A stretch of 64,000 nucleotides of DNA from Candidatus Latescibacterota bacterium (GTDB lineage: Bacteria > Latescibacterota > UBA2968 > GCA-2709665). Where the stretch lies: positions 3,083,670 through 3,147,669 of the forward strand of contig OZ244937.1 in the NCBI GenBank assembly GCA_965222075.1, read 5' to 3'. Position 1 is the stretch's first letter; every line of letters begins with the position of its first letter. Below are positions 47,085-56,361 of this stretch, piece after piece. Under the pieces are notes generated by a model. The model ran no database searches, had not been told where the DNA came from, and saw only the letters and a program-made list of their open reading frames with translations. The translations under genes were made by a program, and so were the position numbers.

Positions 47085-48510
47085 ATCGCCTCACCTCTGC
47101 TCCTTGAAAGTGAACAGCGCCATGCCTGAACATCTCGATACCGAAGAACTTATAGAAGCCTCCCGACACCTCTGGCAGAACTATTTCCCAGGCAAGCAAC
47201 CGGCCAAACACCCCGGCGTGCTGGTCCGCGGCGAAGGCCTCTATGTCTACGACGCCGATGGCAACCGCTATCTCGACACCTTCGCGTCCCTCCTCACCAC
47301 CCTGTGCGGGCACGGCCGGCCCGAGGTGGTCAAAGCCGTCAAAGATCAGATGGAGAAACTGTCCTACTTCCCGGGGGGCCAGAACTTCATCATGGAACCT
47401 ACGGTGAGACTGGCGAAGGTGCTCGCCGAAATCACCCCCGGGGACCTCTCCGTCACGTTCTTCGTAAACGACGGTTCGGAGGCCTGCGAAGCGGCCATCA
47501 AAATGGCCCGCCAGTACTTCTGGACAAAGGGGGAAAAGACCCGCCAGAAAATCATCTTCCGCCGCTACTCCTACCACGGCGCAACCCTCGGCGCCCTCTC
47601 CGCTACCGGCCTGCCCGCCATGCGGGAGCCCTTCGAGCCGCTCCTGCCCGGCTTCACGCACGTCATGCCCGCGTGGTGCTACCGGTGTGAACTCGACCTG
47701 CACCCTGCTTCGTGCGGTGTGGCCTGTCTGAAGAACCTGGAAGCTACGGTCCAGTGGGAAGGTCCGGATTCTGTCGCAGCCATCATCATGGACCCCATCC
47801 CAGGCTCGAACACCGGCTTCCCGCTGCCCCCGGACGGCTACATCGAGGGCGTGCGTGAGCTGTGCGACCGGTACGGCATCCTCTTAATCTTCGACGAGAT
47901 CCAGGTCGGCTTCGGCCGCACCGGCAAGATGTTCTGCTGCGAAAACTGGGGCGTAACGCCCGACATCATGGCCGTCGCAAAAGGCTTCTCCGGCGGCTAC
48001 CTCCCCCTGGGCGCCGCCATTGCCACAGACCGGATCGCGGAAGCCTTCCGCGCGTCCGGCTCCGGATTCCGGCACGTCCATACCTACTCAGGCCACGCCG
48101 TGGCCTGCGCCGCCGCCCTGGCCAACATCGAAATCATCCGGAAGGAAGGCCTGGTCCAAAAGGCGGCCGCGTTGGGAGCCTATCTGAAGCCGAAACTGGA
48201 GGAGCTTTACAAATACCCGATCGTGGGCGACGTACGCGGCATCGGCACCCTCTGGGCGGTCGAACTGGTGGCGAACCGTGAGACCCGCGCGCCCTTCTCT
48301 CCGCCGGGCCGCGCAGGTTCATTCATCGGCAGCGCCTGCTGGGAATCCGGCATCATCCTCCGCAACAACGGCGACATCCTCGTCATAGCGCCCGCGCTCA
48401 TCATGACGGACGAGCAGGCGGATGAAATGACCGGCATGCTGGACAGCGCTATTGCGGAAGCCATGAAACGTTGTACGGCCGATAACGGCACACTGCAGTG
48501 GTCTGAATAG
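47077..48510 (+). CDS. Class-III (omega) PLP-dependent aminotransferase
   Basis: YSYHGATLGALSATG, DEIQVGFGRTGKMF (PLP-Lys in GRTGK), VAKGFSGGYLPLGA motifs. Confidence 0.85.
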   Translation: MSESPHLCSLKVNSAMPEHLDTEELIEASRHLWQNYFPGKQPAKHPGVLVRGEGLYVYDADGNRYLDTFASLLTTLCGHGRPEVVKAVKDQMEKLSYFPGGQNFIMEPTVRLAKVLAEITPGDLSVTFFVNDGSEACEAAIKMARQYFWTKGEKTRQKIIFRRYSYHGATLGALSATGLPAMREPFEPLLPGFTHVMPAWCYRCELDLHPASCGVACLKNLEATVQWEGPDSVAAIIMDPIPGSNTGFPLPPDGYIEGVRELCDRYGILLIFDEIQVGFGRTGKMFCCENWGVTPDIMAVAKGFSGGYLPLGAAIATDRIAEAFRASGSGFRHVHTYSGHAVACAAALANIEIIRKEGLVQKAAALGAYLKPKLEELYKYPIVGDVRGIGTLWAVELVANRETRAPFSPPGRAGSFIGSACWESGIILRNNGDILVIAPALIMTDEQADEMTGMLDSAIAEAMKRCTADNGTLQWSE

Positions 48511-48552
48511 CGGACGCTGAATTGCGCCAGAGGGCGAGGAGGGCGTGTTCGC

Positions 48553-49269
48553 ATGCAACAGGATTTTGAATCGAAGGTCCACCTGCTCAAAGATTCCACA
48601 TATCCCGGCAGGGGGATCATTATCGGTCAGACGCCCGGTTCAAGGCAATTTGTCCAGGTTTACTGGATTATGGGGAGAAGTGAGAAGAGCAGGAACAGGG
48701 TTTTTGTCGCGGAGGGTGCGTCTGTAAAGACGGACCTGGTTGATCGATCGAAGGCAGAAGATGCATCGTTGATTCTTTACTATCCGGTCAAAGTGATCAA
48801 CAGCTGTCATATTGTGACCAACGGCGACCAAACGGATACGATCTACGAATCGATTCGGGATGAAAGCTTGTTTGAAGCGGCTTTAAATACCCGGTCGTTC
48901 GAACCGGATGCGCCGAATTTTACGCCGAGGATATCGGGTCTGGTTGACCTGGACGACGATCAGAACGCATATCAACTTTGTGTCATCAAAACGATTTCAA
49001 ACAGACCGGATTATTGCACACGGCAATATTTCAATTACGAGACAGCAGTTCCGGGAATCGGTCACTGTATCACGACATACAAAGACGATGGAAGCCCCCT
49101 TCCCTCGTTTTGCGGAGAGCCATTTACCGTGGAGCTGTTTGACGATATTGGGGCTACGGCCGATTTTTATTGGGACGTTTTGAATGAGGACAACAGGGTG
49201 TCACTGCTTGTCAAATTTATAGATGCTGAGACAGGAGAGCAGGAACTCAAGATCGTCAATAAATATTGA
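48553..49269 (+). CDS. IMP cyclohydrolase PurO-like protein (archaeal-type fold)
   Basis: YPGRGIIIGQTPGS, IVTNGDQTDTIYE, NFTPRISGLVDLD resemble PurO family signatures. Marked drop in GC (~47%). Confidence 0.5.
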   Translation: MQQDFESKVHLLKDSTYPGRGIIIGQTPGSRQFVQVYWIMGRSEKSRNRVFVAEGASVKTDLVDRSKAEDASLILYYPVKVINSCHIVTNGDQTDTIYESIRDESLFEAALNTRSFEPDAPNFTPRISGLVDLDDDQNAYQLCVIKTISNRPDYCTRQYFNYETAVPGIGHCITTYKDDGSPLPSFCGEPFTVELFDDIGATADFYWDVLNEDNRVSLLVKFIDAETGEQELKIVNKY

Positions 49270-49301
49270 GTTCTGTCCTATTGGGAAGACGGAGATTGTG
49301 T

Positions 49302-50084
49302 ATGGCCATCGTGATTAAGTCTGAATCCGAAGTCGAGGCGATGCGGCAGAGCGGGAAGGCGGCGTCGGTTTTACTGCAAAGGGTCGGGGAGGCCGTCGGG
49401 CCCGGTGTTTCGACTTACGATCTGGATCGGATTTCACGCAGGACGATCAAGGAGCTGGGGGGTGTTTCTTCGTTTTTGGGCTATCGACCTGCAGGGCACG
49501 ATTCGTATCCGGCTACGGTATGCGCTTCGATCAACGAGGAGGTCGTTCACGGTATCCCGAGCAGAAAACGGGTTCTGAACGAGGGGGATATTGTGGGGAT
49601 TGATGTGGCGATTCGCCTGGGGGGGTATCACGGGGACAATGCGTTCACGTTTCCCATCGGCAAGATCTCACCGGAAGCACAGAAGCTGGTGGATGTGACC
49701 CGGGCATCGCTCTACAAAGCGATTGAGGCGGCAAAGCCGGGCAACCGGCTGGGGGACATTGGCTTTGCGGTGCAGAGCTACGTGGAGACGCATGGGTTTT
49801 CGGTCGTTCGGGAGCTCTGCGGCCACGGGATTGGACAGAAGATGTGGGAGCAGCCCCAGGTTGTGAACTACGGAACGTCCGGTAAAGGCACCCGGTTAAA
49901 ACCCGGGATGGTACTTGCGATTGAACCCATGGTCTGCGTGGACACTCACGAGGTGATCTTCTTGGATGATGGCTGGACGTCCATTTCGGCGGACCGGAGT
50001 TTGTCCGCACATTTTGAACACACCGTTGCGATTCTCTCCGACGGACCGGAGATTCTGACTTACAGCGACCTCTGGGAGGGGTAG
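49302..50084 (+). CDS. map: Type I methionine aminopeptidase
   Basis: Metal-ligand motifs DIVGIDVA, GYHGD, HGIGQ, AIEPM, FEHT. Confidence 0.9.
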   Translation: MAIVIKSESEVEAMRQSGKAASVLLQRVGEAVGPGVSTYDLDRISRRTIKELGGVSSFLGYRPAGHDSYPATVCASINEEVVHGIPSRKRVLNEGDIVGIDVAIRLGGYHGDNAFTFPIGKISPEAQKLVDVTRASLYKAIEAAKPGNRLGDIGFAVQSYVETHGFSVVRELCGHGIGQKMWEQPQVVNYGTSGKGTRLKPGMVLAIEPMVCVDTHEVIFLDDGWTSISADRSLSAHFEHTVAILSDGPEILTYSDLWEG

Positions 50085-50098
50085 AGGCGGTCTGAGAC

Positions 50099-50824
50099 AT
50101 GGGTGGAACATTCAAACGGTTCTGGCCCCATATAGTGTGCGCGGCAATTGCGCTGGGGCTGTGGGGTACGCCGGTGGTGAAGCCGTTCCGGGTATACATG
50201 GTGATGATCCACGAGATGGGCCATGCCGGGGCCACGATTTTGACGGGGGGAGAGGTCCTGGAGATGCGGACCAACTGGAACGAGTCGGGGCATACGACGA
50301 GCCGGGGGGGATCTTTCACGGTGACCAGTTCGGCAGGCTACGTGGGATCGGCGTTCCTGGGGGCGTTTGTGATTTATGCGGGGAACTGGGCGCTGCTGCA
50401 GCGCATCCTGCTGGCGGGAATTGGGGGCCTGAGTCTGGGGATGACGCTTCTTTATACCCCTGCGGTGGGGGTGGATTTCGTTGTCGGTGTTTTAAGCGGG
50501 GGGTTGCTGCTGCTTGTTGCGGGTCGATATCCGAGGATAGCGGAGGTGGCTGCGACCTGGATGGGGGTGATGCTCTGTCTGTACAGTCTGCACGATTTTC
50601 GGACGGATCTGTGGATGTATCCGGAGAAGACGGATGCGGGCATACTCGCCCGGCACTGGGGGCTGCCGGTTCTGGCCTATCCGATTGCGTTTTTCTGGGC
50701 GGCCATTTCGATTGCCGCCATGTACCTGGCCATGCGGGCTGTGGAACGACGGGGTAGACGGCTGGAGACGCAAGCAGAACAGGGGGACGCTGTTGAGGAG
50801 GGGGAAGGGCTCGGTTTAGAGTAG
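50099..50824 (+). CDS. Membrane-embedded zinc metalloprotease, M50B-like (HExxH in TM helix)
   Basis: VMIHEMGHAGA HExxH within hydrophobic segment; 5-6 predicted TM helices. Confidence 0.5.
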   Translation: MGGTFKRFWPHIVCAAIALGLWGTPVVKPFRVYMVMIHEMGHAGATILTGGEVLEMRTNWNESGHTTSRGGSFTVTSSAGYVGSAFLGAFVIYAGNWALLQRILLAGIGGLSLGMTLLYTPAVGVDFVVGVLSGGLLLLVAGRYPRIAEVAATWMGVMLCLYSLHDFRTDLWMYPEKTDAGILARHWGLPVLAYPIAFFWAAISIAAMYLAMRAVERRGRRLETQAEQGDAVEEGEGLGLE

Positions 50825-50844
50825 GGGCGACCGGCCGGTCGCCC
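50825..50844 (+). terminator. Perfect 20-nt GC palindrome GGGCGACCGGCCGGTCGCCC immediately after stop codon (candidate terminator/operator)
   Basis: Seen in sequence; no strong T-tract follows. Confidence 0.35.
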
Positions 50845-50962
50845 GGGCGCTGTATTATCCGATGATTCCGTACGGCAACGACCTGGAGTAAAGATCCAAT
50901 CTTCAGTTTACCTCGGGACAACCGGGCAACGGTCCTGCCCTGTTATCCGGTAGGGATAATCC

Positions 50963-53900
50963 GTGTCAACCACACCCAGCGCACCAGACGCACTCATTGT
51001 TTCCGGCGACGACCGTGTTCAGAAAATTCTGGCGCAGGAAGATGCCGTTGTTGTGCCCGCCTATGCGTTTTTCCTGGATGGTTTCGTGAAAGATACGTTT
51101 ACCGAATATGCCAATCCCTCGATCTACCGTCCGCCATCGGTTTGCAGCGCCCGCCTGGTGAGTACCCTGCGGGATATGTACCAGTTTAAAGAGACCGGCA
51201 CATACTATTTCGGCTTTACGATGTATGCCGACGCCGGATATGACGAGCCGGTTGAGGTCTGGGTCGGCCACGAACAGGTTGCGCTGGCCCGGCATCCCGA
51301 CCCGGATAATCGGGTGCATCTTTTTGTGGCGCCCAAACCAATTGGTTTTCAGGGCGGTGAGCTCAAACGCCTGATCACCGGGAAAACAGACGGTCCGTGT
51401 CGGATTGAAAATGTGGTTCTTCTCAAGAAACGACCCCGGCCGACGCCGCCCGAATTGACCGTTCTTTCCCCCCATGTGGACGTCCGCCACGATAACGGCA
51501 AAGCCTGTGCCTATATTACGTGGATGACCAGCCGGCCCGCGTCGGGACGGTTGCGCTGGGGCAGCGGCAAGAGGCTGTCCAGGACCGTTGAGATGGCCGG
51601 TCCGCTGGCCAACCACGAAGTGGTTCTGGAAGGTCTGGACCTGAACAAGTCGTACCGGTTTGAGCTGGATCTGACCGGGCGTGTGGAGGGGCTCAAAGCT
51701 GCATATGCCGGAGTGTTCAAGACGGATCTTACAGCGCCTTCAAGCCGGGTGAAAAAGGGGCGCGTTCCGATTCGGCTGCGTCGACCCGGCAATGGGCTGT
51801 GGCCGGTTTCTGTGGGTGTGCCCTTTCCAAAAGGTGCGCTGGGCAGCGAGGATGAGATTCGGCTGGTGGATAAGCGTGGGGCAGAGGTGGGACTTCAGGC
51901 GCGCAGTCTTGCGCGGTGGGAGGATGGCTCGGTGCGCTGGGCGCTGCTGGATTTTCAGGCGGACGGAAAGCATGAGTATACCGCTGAATACGGCAGTGAG
52001 GTTTCCCGTTCTGTGCCTGGTGATAGGCTGGAGGTGTCGGAGTCGGAGACGTCGGTTGTGGTGACGACCGGGCCGCTGCGCGTGGAATTTCCGAAGGGCC
52101 GGGTGGTATTTCCGGGTGTGGTGTGGGTGAAACGGACAGACGGGTCGTATCGCAAGCTATCGGGACCCTCTGCCGGGGTGCGTCTGACCGGGGCCGATGG
52201 ATCGGTGTATGGATCGGGCAAGCCGGAGGCGGTGGTGGTGGAAGAGGCCGGTTCTGAGCGGGTGTGCGTGCGTGTGGAGGCGGTCCACCGGCTGCGCAGC
52301 CGGTCGTTGTTCCACTCGATTTTGCGCGTGCATCTATTCCGGGGCAGCGGGGCGATCCGGGTGCTGCACACGTTTGAGAATGACCGTGTGGAGGAGATGT
52401 TTACCTGCATCCGGGAATTGAGCCTGCGGTCGGACTTCAAGGTGGGAGGCGCTTTGCAGGGCCGGGTGGGCCGGCGCCGGGTGGAGGGACTCAAGGCTGG
52501 GGGGGTGGTACTGCACCAGGGACTGGACAACCGGTATGTTGTGAGACGGGGAGGGGCGGAGATCGCGAGAGGGCGCCGTGCGGAGGGCAGTGTGGCGTTG
52601 CGTGGGGATAGGGGCGGTGTGAGCCTGGTGGTGCGGGATTTCTGGCAGAATTATCCAAAGGGTGTGGCGGTGGATGAGAAGGGGATAACGGTGGGGATCT
52701 GTCCGGCGCTGGATGAGGCGGATTATCCGCGTGGAGGGGAACTGGAGGATCGGTTGTATTATTATTTGCTGGATGGGGTGTATAAGTTCAAGGCGGGGGT
52801 TTCCCGTACGCACGAGATGTGGTTTCACATTCGGTCAAAAGGCGATGCGCCAGAGGGTTTTGCGGCGTCGGTGCAGCGTCCGCCGCTGTATGGTATGTCG
52901 CTTGCAGCGTTCAATAAAAGCCGGGCGCTTACCCGGCTGCCCGAAAAAGAAAAATCTCCGTTTCCGCCGTATGAAACGTGGGTTGAGACCGTACGCGGCG
53001 TTTATGCCGAAGATCGAGAGAAATCCCGCGCTTATGGGATGCTCAATTACGGGGATTGGTTCGGAGAGCGCGTTTATAACTGGGGGAATATGGAGTATGA
53101 TACGCCCTGGTGTTTTTTGCAGGAGTATCTCAGGGGGGGGCATTCGGATTTTTATACCTGGGCCGAGGAGGCTGCGCGACATCTTGTGGATGTGGATACC
53201 GTCCACCATACCGACGAGCCCGACAATTTGGGGTCGCAGTATATTCACTCCGTCGGCCACGTGGGCAATTATTATCCCGATGGGTACCGGGAGCGCGCCA
53301 TTTTCGCCGGCCGCTGGAGTGTTTCCCATACCTGGGTGGAAGGTCTTTTTCTTTACCATCTTCTCACGGGCGATGCCAGGGCTCTGGAAAGCGCAATGCA
53401 GACGAGCAATTTGCTGGTTGGGAATATGCTCAACGACTATGATTTCACGAACTGTCGCAATTGCGGGTGGCACCTGATTCATCTGGCCGCCGCGTACAAA
53501 GCCACCGGCCGACGCGTGTATCTGAATGCCGCCCGTACGATCGTGGATCGCGTGCTGGAGCGGCAAAAGCCCTCCGGCGGATGGGAACGGCTTATGGTTC
53601 CCGGACACTGTTTCTGTTATCCGCTCCGGCATATGGGCAATGCCGGGTTTATGGTTGGCGTGTTGATGGCGGGGTTGCGTCGGTTCTACGAAGCGACGGG
53701 TGAAAAACGCGTTCGAGATGCGATTGTCCATGCCGCTACGTTTTGCATCGATGATATGTGGGTGCCCGAAAACCGGGCGTTCCGGTACACGTCGTGTCCC
53801 AAATCTTCGGTGGGGCGGTCCGCCGATATGGCCATTCTCAAAGGAATTGCTTTTGCCTACGATGTTTCCGGGAATGAACGGCTGAGGGAGGTTCTTTTCG

Positions 53901-54025
53901 AGGGGGTCCGGTCCGCTATGGCCCAGCGGGAGACGCGGGCGCACCGGGGCGTGGGTAAGAGCATTGGTATGCCGATGCGCGGAGCTTACCAGGTTCTTGT
54001 GGATCTGCCGGAACGGTCGGTGTGA
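50963..54025 (+). CDS. Large (1020 aa) multidomain protein: N-terminal region + FN3-like (purple-acid-phosphatase-N-like) domain + C-terminal (alpha/alpha)-toroid glycosidase/lyase-like domain; no signal peptide
   Basis: GTG start. ITWMTSRPASGRLRWGSG...YRFELD is an FN3-like pattern. C-terminal ~450 aa rich in W/Y/H with helical repeats (WVEGLFLYHLLTGD..., GWHLIHLAAAY...). Confidence 0.45.
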   Translation: MSTTPSAPDALIVSGDDRVQKILAQEDAVVVPAYAFFLDGFVKDTFTEYANPSIYRPPSVCSARLVSTLRDMYQFKETGTYYFGFTMYADAGYDEPVEVWVGHEQVALARHPDPDNRVHLFVAPKPIGFQGGELKRLITGKTDGPCRIENVVLLKKRPRPTPPELTVLSPHVDVRHDNGKACAYITWMTSRPASGRLRWGSGKRLSRTVEMAGPLANHEVVLEGLDLNKSYRFELDLTGRVEGLKAAYAGVFKTDLTAPSSRVKKGRVPIRLRRPGNGLWPVSVGVPFPKGALGSEDEIRLVDKRGAEVGLQARSLARWEDGSVRWALLDFQADGKHEYTAEYGSEVSRSVPGDRLEVSESETSVVVTTGPLRVEFPKGRVVFPGVVWVKRTDGSYRKLSGPSAGVRLTGADGSVYGSGKPEAVVVEEAGSERVCVRVEAVHRLRSRSLFHSILRVHLFRGSGAIRVLHTFENDRVEEMFTCIRELSLRSDFKVGGALQGRVGRRRVEGLKAGGVVLHQGLDNRYVVRRGGAEIARGRRAEGSVALRGDRGGVSLVVRDFWQNYPKGVAVDEKGITVGICPALDEADYPRGGELEDRLYYYLLDGVYKFKAGVSRTHEMWFHIRSKGDAPEGFAASVQRPPLYGMSLAAFNKSRALTRLPEKEKSPFPPYETWVETVRGVYAEDREKSRAYGMLNYGDWFGERVYNWGNMEYDTPWCFLQEYLRGGHSDFYTWAEEAARHLVDVDTVHHTDEPDNLGSQYIHSVGHVGNYYPDGYRERAIFAGRWSVSHTWVEGLFLYHLLTGDARALESAMQTSNLLVGNMLNDYDFTNCRNCGWHLIHLAAAYKATGRRVYLNAARTIVDRVLERQKPSGGWERLMVPGHCFCYPLRHMGNAGFMVGVLMAGLRRFYEATGEKRVRDAIVHAATFCIDDMWVPENRAFRYTSCPKSSVGRSADMAILKGIAFAYDVSGNERLREVLFEGVRSAMAQRETRAHRGVGKSIGMPMRGAYQVLVDLPERSV

Positions 54026-54213
54026 GGGGTGATGTTTGGAAGCAGATCATACGTCCCGGGATCTTATGTCACCGAACCTGTTGTGAGCAGCCATACCTTG
54101 AAGCATCTGATGGCTGCTGTTGCCACGTACCGGATTTTGCGGATGCTCCGGAAGCGACATCCCGAACAAGCTGTACAGATCGTTAACTGAAGTCCGGGTC
54201 AAAGGAGGACGGT

Positions 54214-55467
54214 GTGGCGAAGGTACCGAAAAAAACGGATCTGGCGATGTACGGGGGCAGGCCGGTGCACAGCAGGCCGTGGCGGAGTGGGCCATTTCAT
54301 TTTTCGGCGGAGATTGAGGCCTTGAAGAAGGTGCTCTCCGGGCCGGCGCTACCGCTGGCGCGGGGACAGTCGGTGATGGCCTACCGGGAGGCGTTGCAGG
54401 AACTTTACGGGATGAAGTATGCGATACCGACAAGTTCGGGGACCGCGGCCATCCACGTGGCCTTAGCCGCCGCGGATGTGGGCGCAGGAGACGAGGTGAT
54501 TGTGAGTCCACTGACCGACTACGGGAGTGTTGCCGGAATTTTTCAGCTGAATGCGATTCCGGTGTTTGCCGATGTGCAGGCGGACGGGATGCTGATGGAT
54601 GTAAATGCGATCACGGAGCGGATCACGCCCCACACGCGGGTGATTATGCCGGTGCACAACGGGGGATATGCGGTGGATATGCCGGTTCTGATGAAGCTGG
54701 CCAGAAAACACAAGATTACGGTTTTAGAGGACTGCGCCCAGGCGCACCTGGCGTCGATTGGAGGAAAATACCTGGGCACGTTTGGACACCTGGGGGCGTG
54801 GAGTACGAACGAGAGCAAGCATATGAAGTCAGGGGAGGGGGGGTTTGTGCTGACGAACAACCGAAAGGTGGCGGAGAGGGCGGATCTGTTTTCGGACAAG
54901 TGCTATCCCCGGTTTCCCGGTGCGCCAAAGACGCCTGCGTTTCCGGCGGTGAACGTGCGGTTGAGCGATGTGAATGCGGCCCTGGCACTCTGTCAGCTGA
55001 AGCGGCTGCCGAAGTGGACCGAGCGCCGGCAGGCGTTCGGAGAAGCGTTATTGGAAGGGATCGAAGGAGTTCCGGGCCTGTGGGCGCACCCGCAGCCGGG
55101 TGGGTCGGCGCCGAATTACTGGTGGACAATGTTCGGGGTGGATCAAGAGGCGCTGGGGGTGGATGCAGCGGCGTTTTCCGAGATGGTTCGCGCAGAAGGC
55201 ATCCCGGCCGGGGCCGGGCGCGAGCCGAACGTGCTGAAATGGGAAATCTTCCGCCGGTTGAACCGGGACCCGAAGGCGTTCAGGAGCTACCGGCCGGGAC
55301 GGTTGAAAAAAGGGGCTTTTTCGCTGGATTCGGTCCCAAATGCGAGAACATTTGGAAGGCGTATTGTGACGGTCCGGATGAGCCAGCACAATACGGTGGG
55401 GGAGGCGAGGGCTGCGGCACGTGCCGTGCGGAAGGTGGTGGGTGCGCTGCTGGGCCAAAAAGTGTAA
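54214..55467 (+). CDS. DegT/DnrJ/EryC1/StrS family aminotransferase (second copy)
   Basis: GDEVIVSPLTDYGS, NESKHMKSGEGG (PLP-Lys). GTG start with AGGAGG 7 nt upstream. Confidence 0.85.
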   Translation: MAKVPKKTDLAMYGGRPVHSRPWRSGPFHFSAEIEALKKVLSGPALPLARGQSVMAYREALQELYGMKYAIPTSSGTAAIHVALAAADVGAGDEVIVSPLTDYGSVAGIFQLNAIPVFADVQADGMLMDVNAITERITPHTRVIMPVHNGGYAVDMPVLMKLARKHKITVLEDCAQAHLASIGGKYLGTFGHLGAWSTNESKHMKSGEGGFVLTNNRKVAERADLFSDKCYPRFPGAPKTPAFPAVNVRLSDVNAALALCQLKRLPKWTERRQAFGEALLEGIEGVPGLWAHPQPGGSAPNYWWTMFGVDQEALGVDAAAFSEMVRAEGIPAGAGREPNVLKWEIFRRLNRDPKAFRSYRPGRLKKGAFSLDSVPNARTFGRRIVTVRMSQHNTVGEARAAARAVRKVVGALLGQKV

Positions 55468-55500
55468 GAAGCTGTTTTGATATCCTGACGGAGCCGGTTT

Positions 55501-56247
55501 ATGCATACGAGCAAAGTGCTGAAATCTTCGGACTTTCAATTCAGGCGGTTGGGTGAGAATGGGGCCGTTGACGTTGATTTCGATTCACTCTGCCCAAATT
55601 ATCATCGGCTGGACCGGACGGGCGTAGTCTCTCCCCGTCTGGAAGACGGCGTGCTCAATGCAGGGTATGCGATTCTGGCGCAGACGACGGCTTTTTACGA
55701 TGTTCTGCGTTCTAAGATGGACGACTTTTTCGAGTACCCCCAACATCTCGCGTTTCTGGATGTGAACGATGAGGGGGTGAATACCCGATGTGGACGGCTG
55801 GACGGACGGACGGCGATGGGAGGGCCGTGGAGCAGTCTGGATGTCTGGCCCCAATCGAACTGGATTTCGGCGTCCGGGACGGTTTCGGGGATGCTTCATA
55901 AGGTGTATGATCTGCACGTCAACCGGCTGCTCTGGCCGGAGGATTTTATGCCGGGGCCGGACGAAGCGACCCTGCCCTCTTACGTGTGCCGGAGGATGCT
56001 GAAGACGAGGCTGAAGGGCGTTACCTATTACAATGCGTCGGCTCCCAACGTGGAGGTGCGGGTTACACAGCCCGTGGAAGATATCGTCCGGACGAGTATC
56101 GGACGGCTGCCCGGAGGGGAAGGGGAGCCCCGAGGGGTTATTGAGCCGGCAGACGGCGATTTTCTGTATGTTGAGCGTTATCGCCAGGTCGGTGTTGATG
56201 AATTTCTGGAGACAGTGGACGGCTGCTTTGATCCTGCGTCTCAGTGA
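55501..56247 (+). CDS. Hypothetical protein (248 aa)
   Basis: Clean ORF with GGAG RBS in operon context between DegT and the oxidoreductase; no recognisable motif. Confidence 0.4.
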   Translation: MHTSKVLKSSDFQFRRLGENGAVDVDFDSLCPNYHRLDRTGVVSPRLEDGVLNAGYAILAQTTAFYDVLRSKMDDFFEYPQHLAFLDVNDEGVNTRCGRLDGRTAMGGPWSSLDVWPQSNWISASGTVSGMLHKVYDLHVNRLLWPEDFMPGPDEATLPSYVCRRMLKTRLKGVTYYNASAPNVEVRVTQPVEDIVRTSIGRLPGGEGEPRGVIEPADGDFLYVERYRQVGVDEFLETVDGCFDPASQ

Positions 56248-56361
56248 GACGGAATCGGCAAGGTGGAAATGCTCAGAACCTTCGTCCCCTCCCGGATCAG
56301 GGGCATCCACCTGATCCCGTGAAAAAGTGTCCGAACCATTCATGAAATTGCGAGGTGCATA

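Noticed and set aside
52835-53944. 369-aa minus-strand ORF inside the 1020-aa gene
   Set aside because: Shadow ORF.
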